In this document: positions 1-8,049 of the stretch, piece after piece
How the letters are laid out: each line of letters starts with the position of its first letter
Position numbering within the stretch: the first letter of the stretch is position 1
Source: a virus
Taxonomy: Duplodnaviria > Caudoviricetes
Length of the DNA stretch: 43,988 nucleotides
IMG/VR virus record: IMGVR_UViG_3300014208_000067
Coordinates: 1-43,988 of that record
Reading direction: 5' to 3' (one strand)
Program-made: the position numbers and the translations under genes
The notes under the pieces: model-generated
What the model was told of the DNA's origin: nothing
The model's database searches: none
Seen by the model: only the letters and a program-made list of their open reading frames with translations

Positions 1-590
1 CGGTGGCGCTGTCCCGGGCCCGCACGGCGGCGCTGCCCGAGGCCCGCACGGCGGCGCTGCCCCAGGCCCGCACGGCGGCGCTGCCCCAGGCCCGCACGGT
101 GGCGCTGCCCGAGGCCTCCACGGTGGCGCTGTCCCAGGCCCGCACGGTGGCGCTGTCCCAGGCCCGCACGGCGGCGCTGCCCCAGGCCCACACGGTGGCG
201 CTGCCCCAGGCCCGCACGGTGGCGCTGCCCCAGGCCTCCACGGTGGCGCTGTCCCAGGCCCGCACGGTGGCGCTGTCCCAGGCCCGCACGGTGGCGCTGC
301 CCGAGGCCTCCACGGTGGCGCTGTCCGAGGCCTCCACGGTGGCGCTGTCCCAGGCCCGCACGGCGGCGCTGCCCCAGGCCCACACGGTGGCGCTGCCCGA
401 GGCCCGCACGGCGGCGCTGCCCGAGGCCCGCACGGCGGCGCTGCCCGAGGCCCACACGGTGGCGCTGTCCGAGGCCTCCACGGTGGCGCTGTCCCAGGCC
501 CACACGGTGGCGCTGCCCGAGGCCCGCACGGTGGCGCTGCCCGAGGCCCGCACGGTGGCGCTGTCCGAGGCCCGCACGGTGGCGCTGCCC
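1..590. repeat. 24-bp coding tandem repeat, about 25 copies
   Basis: Unit CGG(T/C)GGCGCTG(T/C)CC(CA/GA/CG)GGCC(CG/TC/CA)CA repeated head-to-tail without spacers. Confidence 0.98.
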
Positions 591-682
591 GACAGACAAA
601 AATATCCACCACCACGCAGGATGATTTTGGTGTCGCCTGCCTTCAGGGCGGCGTCGAGTTCGGCTTGCGTCCTGACTTCCAT
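1..682 (-). CDS. Octapeptide-repeat protein (partial, runs off the left edge); probable beta-solenoid
   Basis: Not in ORF track. ATG at 682, 1 nt after the TAA of 684..908; reads MEVRTQAELDAALKAGDTKIILRGGGYFCLS then about 25 copies of [G/D]SA[T/A]V[R/E/W]A[S/W/R], no stop before position 1. Confidence 0.85.
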   Translation of the reverse strand, partial: MEVRTQAELDAALKAGDTKIILRGGGYFCLSGSATVRASDSATVRASGSATVRASGSATVWAWDSATVEASDSATVWASGSAAVRASGSAAVRASGSATVWAWGSAAVRAWDSATVEASDSATVEASGSATVRAWDSATVRAWDSATVEAWGSATVRAWGSATVWAWGSAAVRAWDSATVRAWDSATVEASGSATVRAWGSAAVRAWGSAAVRASGSAAVRARDSAT

Positions 683-683
683 T

Positions 684-908
684 TTAAGCGGCCCTTTCCT
701 GGTCATGCATTTCCGCCGTCAGCCGGTCCCACCGCGCCACCGCGGAGGCAATCAAATCGAACTCGGCGCGGGTGACGATCTCGGTCCGGCCGTAGACCGT
801 CAGGTGAATGTCGGCGCCGTCGATGCGCGACGGCTCGATACGGACACGTTCCAGACCGGTGTCGGTGTTCGAAAGTTCGGTTTCTATGGTGATCGTGGCG
901 GCCATCAC
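684..908 (-). CDS. Hypothetical phage early protein
   Basis: 74 aa, ATGA-coupled to upstream gene, GGAGG RBS. Confidence 0.7.
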   Translation of the reverse strand: MMAATITIETELSNTDTGLERVRIEPSRIDGADIHLTVYGRTEIVTRAEFDLIASAVARWDRLTAEMHDQERAA

Positions 909-1153
909 GCGGCCTCCGCTTTCCGGCCGGTCAGCACGTCGGCAACGGCGCCGGGCACGCTGGCGTCGCAGGTGTAGACGTGCCGGTAATGGTCGCCCTC
1001 GGCCGCCCAGCCCTCGCCGCCGCGCTCAAGCACTTCCTCGGGCAGCCAGTAGCGGCGATAGGGCGATTCCTCGTCCTGGCAGACGATCATCGGGCGGCCG
1101 GACACAATTTCGCATGTGACGGTGACGGTGATGATGGGTGCCTGGATCTTCAT
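905..1153 (-). CDS. Hypothetical phage early protein
   Basis: Start chosen at MKIQAP (purine-rich GAGAGG RBS); ends EAA with coupled stop/start. Confidence 0.65.
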   Translation of the reverse strand: MKIQAPIITVTVTCEIVSGRPMIVCQDEESPYRRYWLPEEVLERGGEGWAAEGDHYRHVYTCDASVPGAVADVLTGRKAEAA

Positions 1154-1212
1154 TTCCTCTCTCCCCTTCCCCGGCGGCGCTTGTTGGGCTGACCCGCCGG
1201 GGGCTGCTGTGT

Positions 1213-1512
1213 TCAATTGGTTCCGCTAGCCTTGGCGATCGCGGCGCGGGCCTTATTCAGTCCGCACTCTTCTGCATCGCCTTCCAAGTAAAGCCCGCCC
1301 ATACCGATGTTGCTGATTATGGTTTCCAACGCAGCCAGCAGATCGGGGGCAGCGGCGACAAGCATCGCGTTGGCTTCGCCTGTTTCGTTTTCTTCTGTGC
1401 CGTCATGAAACATTTGGCAGACCTCGATATTCGGATTGTCGGCGCTGTAGACGAGCCAATCCCAAGAGCCCTGCCGGGTAGTTGCTGCCCAAGTTCCGGG
1501 TGTGTGTTTCAT
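1213..1512 (-). CDS. Conserved phage hypothetical protein (HTPGxW...ANAxLxAAAPDLL family)
   Basis: MKHTPGTW start and EANAMLVAAAPDLLAALE motif, common in phage early regions. Confidence 0.85.
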   Translation of the reverse strand: MKHTPGTWAATTRQGSWDWLVYSADNPNIEVCQMFHDGTEENETGEANAMLVAAAPDLLAALETIISNIGMGGLYLEGDAEECGLNKARAAIAKASGTN

Positions 1513-1520
1513 CTCAATCC

Positions 1521-1694
1521 TCACTGATGCGACGGCTCTAAAACTGTCTCGGTTCCGTCATCGTGGACGATGCTGCGCTTGCACCATGGGCACCCGGATT
1601 TTTGGGCGGAAATGGCTGCATCGCCTTGCAACTGGCAGGCTGGCGGCCCTTGGCACACGTGGATGATGGGATCGCCGTCATCGTCGTCTTGCAT
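1521..1694 (-). CDS. Small Cys-rich hypothetical protein (57 aa)
   Basis: Below ORF-track cutoff: MQDDDDGDPIIHVCQGPPACQLQGDAAISAQKSGCPWCKRSIVHDDGTETVLEPSHQ; fills the gap between neighbours, GAGG RBS. Confidence 0.65.
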   Translation of the reverse strand: MQDDDDGDPIIHVCQGPPACQLQGDAAISAQKSGCPWCKRSIVHDDGTETVLEPSHQ

Positions 1695-1698
1695 TTCC

Positions 1699-1959
1699 TC
1701 ATGCCTCCACGGGGAGATGGAATTCCATCTCGAAGGGGTCGGTCATGCGTTCCACGTCGATCTCCGCGCCACTGGTGCGGGTTAAGCGATTGCACTTCGC
1801 GATGAACCGAATGGAACGTTGTTCGTCGTCGGAAAACTCAAGGCCATACGCAGGGACAGAAACCTTGATGCTGTCGCCGCACATGTGGACGCGGGCGCCA
1901 ATCCCCTCAACGCGAAGCCGCTTTCTAATGTGAGCGGTCATTTCTTTTAGCCGTGCCAT
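1699..1959 (-). CDS. Hypothetical protein, first gene of leftward early operon
   Basis: 86 aa, AGGA RBS, downstream of leftward promoter. Confidence 0.7.
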   Translation of the reverse strand: MARLKEMTAHIRKRLRVEGIGARVHMCGDSIKVSVPAYGLEFSDDEQRSIRFIAKCNRLTRTSGAEIDVERMTDPFEMEFHLPVEA

Positions 1960-2058
1960 CTTCCTATCCCCTGGCCCCCGGCGGCGGTGTGGATCGGAGG
2001 GGTGTCAGCCGCCATGAGCGCTTGCTGTGCCGGTCGCCCGGCGTAAAATCATTCCCCC

Positions 2059-2086
2059 ATTATTCACGTTGCGGAGTGATCGTCAA
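2059..2086 (-). promoter_or_regulatory. Putative leftward sigma70 promoter (PL-like)
   Basis: Minus strand TTGACG-N16-AATAAT. Confidence 0.55.
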
Positions 2087-2111
2087 GCAAATAAATCACG
2101 CGGCGCGGTGA
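2064..2111. promoter_or_regulatory. Two palindromic operators TCAC-N8-GTGA (2064-2079, 2096-2111)
   Basis: Same half-sites and spacing, 32 bp apart; second extends to AAATCAC-N8-GTGATTT; first lies in the spacer of the leftward promoter. Confidence 0.65.
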
Positions 2112-2120
2112 TTTTTCCCG

Positions 2121-2150
2121 TTGACGCCATTTCCCGTTTGTGCCTACCAT
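2121..2150 (+). promoter_or_regulatory. Putative rightward sigma70 promoter (PR-like)
   Basis: TTGACG-N18-TACCAT, with the ATG of the cro-like gene 6 nt after the -10. Confidence 0.6.
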
Positions 2151-2156
2151 CGGGCC

Positions 2157-2369
2157 ATGAGCAATCTTTCCCAAACATTTCAGGCCGCCATCGATCACGT
2201 CAGAAAGTATCGCCTGGCGGCGGGAATTAGCAAGAGCCGGCTCGCCATCACGGCGGGCCTGGGGATCAACAGCTTGGCCCGCATGGATGATCCGGACTGG
2301 CGGCCTGCGATGACGACAATCGAGGCCATCGAGCGGGTCATCCCGGATGATTTCGAGGCGACGCCATGA
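2157..2369 (+). CDS. Cro-like XRE helix-turn-helix regulator
   Basis: 70 aa, GISKSRLAITAGLGINSLARM HTH plus WRPAMTTIEAI; first gene after divergent promoters. Confidence 0.8.
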   Translation: MSNLSQTFQAAIDHVRKYRLAAGISKSRLAITAGLGINSLARMDDPDWRPAMTTIEAIERVIPDDFEATP

Positions 2370-2539
2370 CCTTACAGCTTGTTGACTGGACGGACAATGA
2401 AGGGTTCGGCATCGGCGCCTTCCGCACAGACCGGTACGATTTCAGCGAGCGTCGCACGCTTTCACCGCTGACCTCCCAGACTGGCGGGGCAGACGACCGC
2501 CCCGCCGATCTTTCCGACCCCAGCGAGGCGAGGTGGTGA
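2366..2539 (+). CDS. Small hypothetical protein (57 aa)
   Basis: ATGA overlap with cro-like gene, GAGG RBS; MTLQLVDWTDNEGFGIGAFRTD... Confidence 0.5.
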   Translation: MTLQLVDWTDNEGFGIGAFRTDRYDFSERRTLSPLTSQTGGADDRPADLSDPSEARW

Positions 2540-2540
2540 G

Positions 2541-2777
2541 ATGATGAAATTCAATTTCAGGCTTCCGTTCATGGCTTCCATTCTTGGCAGCGGCCCGCTC
2601 CAAATGCCGCCCCCGGTGTTTTCTCCATTGCACATGACCGGCCCCGGAAAGAGAACGGTGTTTTCCCTGCACAAATCCATTCGCCGCTCGCGCTACACGG
2701 GCCAAGACATGCGCTATCTCCGCGCCCTGCACGGTGTCGGCCGACCGCCGCACATGAACAAGCCGGGATCGCGTTGA
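2541..2777 (+). CDS. Hypothetical basic protein
   Basis: GAGGTGG RBS, follows previous stop. Confidence 0.5.
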   Translation: MMKFNFRLPFMASILGSGPLQMPPPVFSPLHMTGPGKRTVFSLHKSIRRSRYTGQDMRYLRALHGVGRPPHMNKPGSR

Positions 2778-2918
2778 TTTCCCCGCCGCCGGCCAGCCCA
2801 AGACCGGAAGGACGCGGCGCACGGGCGAACCCCTAGCATGAAAGGTCCAAAGTTGTCCCTCCCTTCATCCCACCTGCGAAGCCTACCCGCCGGGGGTCCG
2901 CCCTCCCCCGGCACCGCC

Positions 2919-3086
2919 ATGATGGTTTACGTGGTGGTGTGTATTGATCCCGACAGACAGGAAACCACGCACATTTTCAGCACCCCGGAAAACGCACAAG
3001 AATTCTGTGAGCGCGATCAGAGGCCACACGTAATTTACGATTACGCTTTGGACTGCCCCGAACGTCACGAAGGAATCGCATCATGA
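2919..3086 (+). CDS. Small hypothetical protein
   Basis: MMVYVVV...HIFSTPENAQEFC pattern typical of small phage proteins. Confidence 0.6.
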   Translation: MMVYVVVCIDPDRQETTHIFSTPENAQEFCERDQRPHVIYDYALDCPERHEGIAS

Positions 3087-3296
3087 CCGCTTTCACCCTT
3101 GCGCCCCACACGGACGCAGCGGCGGACGCGGAGATGTTGATCCGGATCTCATGCCCGTGCAAGGGGCGCCGGTACGCTTGTGCGTCTTAATCCGGCCACC
3201 GAGCGATGCTCTCGGTCCGCGTTCGACCCAACGGCGCCCCTCGCGCCAAACTGGCGGCCTCTAGGCCGGGGCCGCCGATCTTTCATAGGTGATGCC

Positions 3297-3641
3297 GTGA
3301 AGCACGAAGAGGAACAAATCCAGCGCGCCGTCGCGGAGTATCTTGACATGATGGCGCCCATGCACGGCTTCTGGTGGTGCCACGTCCCGAACGGGGGAAA
3401 GCGCGGGAAGATTGAGGCCGCGAAACTCAAGAAGATGGGCGTCAAGCCCGGCGTGGCGGATGTCCTGATCATCAAAAACCAGCGCGCGTATTGGATTGAA
3501 CTGAAAGCTGAAAAGGGCCGTCAGTCCGGTCCGCAGATTGGCTTCGAGGCGGCGATGACCGAACAGTGGTGCCCGTATGCCATCGCGCGGTCGCTAGATG
3601 AGGTTATCGGGACCTGCCGTGGATGGGGGATTATCGCATGA
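3297..3641 (+). CDS. VRR-NUC domain nuclease
   Basis: EEQIQ...HVPNGG...GVKPGVADVLI...WIELKAEKGRQSGPQ PD-(D/E)xK signature. Confidence 0.9.
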   Translation: MKHEEEQIQRAVAEYLDMMAPMHGFWWCHVPNGGKRGKIEAAKLKKMGVKPGVADVLIIKNQRAYWIELKAEKGRQSGPQIGFEAAMTEQWCPYAIARSLDEVIGTCRGWGIIA

Positions 3642-3751
3642 CGGTTTTCTCCTTCCTGCTGGCAATCATGGGCCTTGGCATCCTCGCCGTTCTGGCGCTG
3701 TGGTGGACAATGTGGCGGTTTGAGAACGAAGACGACGGGAGGGAGGAATGA
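3638..3751 (+). CDS. Small membrane peptide (37 aa)
   Basis: ATGA-coupled at both ends; one hydrophobic helix then acidic tail. Confidence 0.55.
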   Translation: MTVFSFLLAIMGLGILAVLALWWTMWRFENEDDGREE

Positions 3752-4044
3752 TGGATTTCTACGAGGCCCGCGAGCACGCCATCATGGCAAAGTGGCGCGG
3801 CGGCGATGACTTCAAGGAAATCTGCGATTACGTCGGCATGGAAGAGCGCGACGTGGCCGCGATCATCAAACGCCATATCGGCAAGGAACCCTCTCTAGGC
3901 TGGAAATATCCCCAGGATATGCAACGGATTCACACGCAGTTATCCCGGCTGGAACTTTCCGTGAACAGGTCCGGAGAACTGCTCGGGCAGGCAACGACCC
4001 CCGCCGTCAAGGCGCGGCTCCAGGCGCACATAAAGGCGGCGTGA
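3748..4044 (+). CDS. Hypothetical protein, possible N-terminal HTH
   Basis: GGGAGG RBS; GDDFKEICDYVGMEERDVAAII HTH-like. Confidence 0.65.
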   Translation: MMDFYEAREHAIMAKWRGGDDFKEICDYVGMEERDVAAIIKRHIGKEPSLGWKYPQDMQRIHTQLSRLELSVNRSGELLGQATTPAVKARLQAHIKAA

Positions 4045-4048
4045 CATC

Positions 4049-4771
4049 GTGAGTAGAAAGCCCCGCCGCATTGACTATTCGCCGGATGAAATGATTGCAG
4101 GCGTCGTCGGCCAAATGGATGCCGAGGACTTCGGAGTTTATTGGATGGTATGCACCCTGATCTATAGTCGAGGCGGCCCCATCGATGACGATCACGTGTG
4201 GATTTCAGGTCTGTTCCGTGGCACGCATTGGCGGTCAATTCGCGCATCGTTGGACCGCCTGATTGACGCTGGGAAAGTGTCTCAAGAAGGTGGCAAGCTT
4301 ATGGTCACGCGGTGTGCAGAGGAGTTGCAGAGAGCCGGCAACCGCATTTCAAAGGCAACTCAGAATGGCCGCATGGGGGGTAGACCTTCCAATAAAAACA
4401 ACAACATGGACGAACCTGACGGTTATCAAAACGAAAAACTAACTATCAACTATCAACCATCAACTACCAAAGATTCAGTACCTAGCGGTACTGGCGCTGA
4501 CGCGCCAGATTCGAAGACACGAATTTTTGGTCGGGCAAGAGAATGGATCGTCGGACATTCTGGGAAAACCGACAAGCAGGTTCGGACGCTGCTGGGCCAG
4601 TGGTGCCGGGATCATGGCGACGACGCCACCCTGGACGCCATCAATGAGGCCCGCAGGCAATCCCCGGTGGACCCTATCCCATACGTGATCAAGGTCCTGT
4701 CGGAACGGGAGACGGCGGCGGCGCGGAGCCGGCAGATCGACCAAATCATCAGTGAAGGATTGCGGCAATGA
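4049..4771 (+). CDS. DUF1376/YdaU-family replication initiator-like protein
   Basis: YSPDEMIAGVVGQMDAEDFGVYWMVCTLIYSRGGPI N-terminus, NGRMGGRP motif, low-complexity linker, C-terminal DPIPY. Confidence 0.85.
   Translation: MSRKPRRIDYSPDEMIAGVVGQMDAEDFGVYWMVCTLIYSRGGPIDDDHVWISGLFRGTHWRSIRASLDRLIDAGKVSQEGGKLMVTRCAEELQRAGNRISKATQNGRMGGRPSNKNNNMDEPDGYQNEKLTINYQPSTTKDSVPSGTGADAPDSKTRIFGRAREWIVGHSGKTDKQVRTLLGQWCRDHGDDATLDAINEARRQSPVDPIPYVIKVLSERETAAARSRQIDQIISEGLRQ
4391..4508. other. Candidate replication origin inside the initiator gene
   Basis: A-rich stretch, four 7-bp repeats AACTATC/AACTATC/AACCATC/AACTACC (4441-4468), inverted repeats CAGTACC-GGTACTG (4476-4493) and CTGGCGC-GCGCCAG (4491-4508). 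Confidence 0.5.
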
Positions 4772-5271
4772 GGGAAAGGGTATTGCGGGTCATCGTCCAG
4801 CCGATGCGCGAGCGGGGATGGACCGAACCGGAAAAGGGCAAGGTCGACGTGATCATCGAGGATTACGTTCGCTTGCTGGGGAAATACCCGGAGCCCGTCC
4901 TGGTGAAGGCATTCGACCGCGTACTTGCCGAGCACAAGTGGAATTCGTGGCCGAAGGTTTCTACCTTCGTCGCCGCCTGCGACCAGCATTACGACGCGCC
5001 AAAATCCAGCGAGGGCAAGCCCGCCGATTACGACCGCATCGCGCGTTCCCGTAAGGCTCACGCATATGTGACCGCGCGCTTGGCGGTGAATGGCGGCGCC
5101 CTGCTGGACCGGGCATTCCAGGCGTGGTGCTGGGTCGAGTTGAAAAGGTTCCTGTTTCGGCGGGCCTGCGAATCCCTCCGCGCCGGGCAGGAACCGCACG
5201 TTGGGAATGCCGAGATCGAAGCGTTCTTCGCCGAGCAAGAGCCGCACGTTGATACCGAGGCGCTGGCATGA
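4768..5271 (+). CDS. Hypothetical protein, possible helicase loader
   Basis: Coupled to initiator; YVRLLGKYPEPVLVKAFDRV...WPKVS resembles loader/inhibitor N-terminal domains. Confidence 0.6.
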   Translation: MRERVLRVIVQPMRERGWTEPEKGKVDVIIEDYVRLLGKYPEPVLVKAFDRVLAEHKWNSWPKVSTFVAACDQHYDAPKSSEGKPADYDRIARSRKAHAYVTARLAVNGGALLDRAFQAWCWVELKRFLFRRACESLRAGQEPHVGNAEIEAFFAEQEPHVDTEALA

Positions 5272-5615
5272 CCCGAACGATCGTCCTGGCAATTCCGACG
5301 CCCCCTAGCGCGAACATGGCGTTCCGCAACGTCGCCGGCAAGGGCAGGGTGCGCTCGAAAAAGTACGTCGCGTGGGCCAAGGAAGCGGGATGGGCCATTC
5401 GAGCCCAACGGGCCGGGCGGTTGTCGGGAAAGGTGGAGGTTGAAATTGGGGTAAAGCGGATTGCCGCGGCAGATATCGACAACCGGATCAAGCCAGCTTT
5501 GGACTTGCTCGTGACCATGGGCGTGATCGACGACGACGCGAACATTGAGCGGGTCACGGCGGAATGGCGCGACGATATCGAGGGCGCGGTGCTGACGGTA
5601 AGGAGGGCGGGATGA
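5268..5615 (+). CDS. rusA: RusA-family Holliday junction resolvase
   Basis: PPSAN start and DIDNRIKPALDLL...GVIDDD catalytic motif. Confidence 0.92.
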   Translation: MTRTIVLAIPTPPSANMAFRNVAGKGRVRSKKYVAWAKEAGWAIRAQRAGRLSGKVEVEIGVKRIAAADIDNRIKPALDLLVTMGVIDDDANIERVTAEWRDDIEGAVLTVRRAG

Positions 5616-5770
5616 TACACCTTTTCCGCCGGCTATTCCGGAGGCGCGACCCGCATTCCCTGGCCGTGCTGGCCTACCGTGGGGCGGGGAAGGGCCAGCG
5701 TCGGCAGGCATACCGGGCGCTGAGGCGGATCACGCACGAGGCGCTCAGGGCGCATGTGGGGCGTTTATGA
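5612..5770 (+). CDS. Small Arg-rich hypothetical protein
   Basis: ATGA overlap on both sides. Confidence 0.5.
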   Translation: MIHLFRRLFRRRDPHSLAVLAYRGAGKGQRRQAYRALRRITHEALRAHVGRL

Positions 5771-6525
5771 TCGAGCCAGTCATCATCGGGGATTGCACGC
5801 TCTACTGCGGCGACTGCCTCGAAATCATGCCCACACTTGGCAAGGTTGATGCCGTGGTGACGGACCCGCCCTACGAACAGATTTCTCAGGATCGGATAGG
5901 CGGCATAAAACGCAACGACGGAGGCCGGATAACAGCAAAGCTGTCGTTTGCTGGAATCGATGGAATCCGTACCAAGATCTGCGGGGCCGTGCGCGAATGC
6001 TGCGATGGATGGTGTTTAATCTTTTGCACGGCCGAAGGTGTTGCTTTGTGGCGAGATGCTATCGAGGCACACGACATCAAATACAAGACGCCCATGATCT
6101 GGGTGAAGCCGGACGCTATGCCGAAATTTAACGGCCAAGGACCAGCCCTCGCTTACGAAAATATTGTGACGGCTTGGCTCGGCAGGGGGCACAGCCATTG
6201 GAATTCGGGGGGCAAGCGGGGGGTGTACTCCTACCTTACCAACGACCGCAACCGGCACGGCGAGCATCCAACTGAAAAGCCGGTGCCATTGATGCGCGAG
6301 TTGATTGCTGACTTCACAAGGCCAGGAGAAGTCATCCTTGACCCCTTCATGGGCAGCGGCACCACCGGAGTAGCCTGCGCCAAGATGGGCCGGAAGTTCA
6401 TTGGCATCGAGATCGAGCCGCGTTATTTTGACATTGCCTGCGCTCGCATCGAGAAAGCCTACAGCCAGCCCGACATGTTTATCCCCCGCGCGAAGGCGGA
6501 GCAGTTCAAGATGGGGCTTGGCTGA
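5767..6525 (+). CDS. Orphan DNA N6-adenine/N4-cytosine methyltransferase (beta class)
   Basis: VTDPPY motif IV, HPTEKP, LDPFMGSGTTG motif I, FIGIE. Confidence 0.95.
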   Translation: MIEPVIIGDCTLYCGDCLEIMPTLGKVDAVVTDPPYEQISQDRIGGIKRNDGGRITAKLSFAGIDGIRTKICGAVRECCDGWCLIFCTAEGVALWRDAIEAHDIKYKTPMIWVKPDAMPKFNGQGPALAYENIVTAWLGRGHSHWNSGGKRGVYSYLTNDRNRHGEHPTEKPVPLMRELIADFTRPGEVILDPFMGSGTTGVACAKMGRKFIGIEIEPRYFDIACARIEKAYSQPDMFIPRAKAEQFKMGLG

Positions 6526-6710
6526 TGTTCATGTACGTCCCCCACGCCGAGATCCCCGCCTATCTGGCTGATGGCTGGACGCAGACAAAGGCCCTTGAGG
6601 GCACGCACCACGGGAGGCACGCCGTTTTGATGATCAAGGACGAGCCCGAAGAACCGGGCAGGGATGCGTGGGGCAACGAGACGGACAGGTTAATGGAGGT
6701 GACGTCATGA
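6525..6710 (+). CDS. Small hypothetical protein
   Basis: Translationally coupled; YVPH...YLADGW...HHG pattern. Confidence 0.6.
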   Translation: MFMYVPHAEIPAYLADGWTQTKALEGTHHGRHAVLMIKDEPEEPGRDAWGNETDRLMEVTS

Positions 6711-7078
6711 TCAACCTATCCCGCGTCCGCCAGACGCCGCCGACCGACCTTAAGCGGGTCGAGGACTTCACGGATGATTTTACCTCGGTGGTGCCGGCCC
6801 TGGAGGTGATCGACAAAACGTGCGCCACCTTTTTCGGCATCGAAAACCTGGAGATCCTCTATGGGCCTCAACAACATGCCCGGGTTTCCATGGCCCGCCA
6901 GGTCGCGTTCTGGCTGTCGAATCGCATGACCGGGGCCTCTAAATCGAGCATCGCCCGGCATTTCAAACGCGACCACACCACCATCATGCACGGCGTCAAG
7001 CGGATCGATGGGATGCGCGAGAACAGGCCGGAGATCAAGGCGATAACCGACTATCTGGAGAGGGAGCTTGGCGCATGA
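6707..7078 (+). CDS. Stand-alone DnaA C-terminal (domain IV) DNA-binding protein
   Basis: ARQVAFWL...SKSSIARHFKRDHTTIMHGVKRI DnaA signature. Confidence 0.9.
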   Translation: MINLSRVRQTPPTDLKRVEDFTDDFTSVVPALEVIDKTCATFFGIENLEILYGPQQHARVSMARQVAFWLSNRMTGASKSSIARHFKRDHTTIMHGVKRIDGMRENRPEIKAITDYLERELGA

Positions 7079-7518
7079 GGACACAAACCCGTCCAGAGAA
7101 GTCGAAAATGGACGAGATGGGGCCGACCCAGGAAACGGCGGCGAAGCTGGAAATCGATGTGGCACGCGAATTGTTCCTGAGCGGGAAAATCAGACAGGCC
7201 CATTGGGACGCGGCGCTGGAAATACGGGCCATGTACGCGGCGATAGGTCGGGGCATGTTTCCCGCGTTCCGCCCCAGGGAGGGCGGGCACGTCGCCGGGG
7301 CGCGGGTGCGGGACTTCCTGGACCTGATGACCCCGGCCGAGTATAGCGCCTACGAGGCCCACTACAAGCCGTGGGCGAATAAGTTGGGACGGCGCATGGC
7401 CCCCGTGTGGGACACGGTGATCAACAACGAGCGGCCGGTGGCGCTGCCGCTGGTCGTCGCCGGCTTGCAGCTTTACGCCGAGATCGCTGGGTTTTCGTCG
7501 CGGCGCAGGGTGGCGTGA
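7075..7518 (+). CDS. Hypothetical protein, possible late-gene activator/antiterminator
   Basis: Position at end of the middle operon where Q-like genes lie; function from position only. Confidence 0.55.
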   Translation: MRTQTRPEKSKMDEMGPTQETAAKLEIDVARELFLSGKIRQAHWDAALEIRAMYAAIGRGMFPAFRPREGGHVAGARVRDFLDLMTPAEYSAYEAHYKPWANKLGRRMAPVWDTVINNERPVALPLVVAGLQLYAEIAGFSSRRRVA

Positions 7519-7994
7519 TGAGAAACCCGGACGGCGGCGTTCCGTGCACGGTGTATGTCCTCAAGTCGACGGGAGAGGACCAACCGCGCTATATCGGCCA
7601 GACGAGCGACGATATAAACCACCGCTTGGGCGGCCACATGGTGGCGGCAAAGAGCGGCAGCACAACTCCAGTTTGCCAGTGGATACGGGAACAGCAGGCG
7701 GATGGGTTCAAGATCGAAATCATCCCCATGGTGACGGAACGGACTGCCGTGTGGAACGACACTGAAAAGAGGATGATCAAGGCATTCCGTGAAATGGGGA
7801 TCGATATCAAAAACGTTCAGGATGGCGGCGGATCGACTGAGGGATACGTGATGCAGTACCAGTTCACTCCAGAGCACCGCGCTAAGATTTCCGCCGTGCA
7901 CAAGGGGCGTATATGCAGCGCAGAAACAAGGGCTAAAATTTCCCAAAAAGTGCGCTTGAGAAATGCGCGAAAGCTGATGGAGCGGTACTATTGA
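7518..7994 (+). CDS. Free-standing GIY-YIG homing endonuclease with NUMOD3 repeats
   Basis: VYVL...RYIGQT, RLxxH, conserved E and N, GG; FTPEHRAKIS and SAETRAKIS NUMOD3 motifs. Confidence 0.9.
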   Translation: MRNPDGGVPCTVYVLKSTGEDQPRYIGQTSDDINHRLGGHMVAAKSGSTTPVCQWIREQQADGFKIEIIPMVTERTAVWNDTEKRMIKAFREMGIDIKNVQDGGGSTEGYVMQYQFTPEHRAKISAVHKGRICSAETRAKISQKVRLRNARKLMERYY

Positions 7995-8020
7995 CGGGTT
8001 AATAGACGGCATGGTAGGGT
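7991..8020 (+). promoter_or_regulatory. Putative rightward (late?) promoter
   Basis: TTGACG-N18-TAGGGT; same -35 hexamer as the two early promoters. Confidence 0.4.
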
Positions 8021-8049
8021 GAACATGATGGAATTTTTGTAAGAGGTTC

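Noticed and set aside
1-590. CRISPR array
   Set aside because: Units are contiguous 24-mers without unique spacers, keep a reading frame, and no cas genes are present
3-977. 324 aa plus-strand ORF
   Set aside because: Antisense shadow of the repeat; neighbours are all minus-strand and the minus frame has a coupled start at 682
5767-6525. Restriction-modification system
   Set aside because: No cognate restriction enzyme; nearby nucleases are VRR-NUC, RusA and a homing endonuclease, so the methylase is an ordinary orphan
7518-7994. Group I intron around the GIY-YIG gene
   Set aside because: Gene is coupled to an intact upstream ORF, no interrupted host gene is apparent, and the downstream hairpins are local stems with no recognisable P7 core
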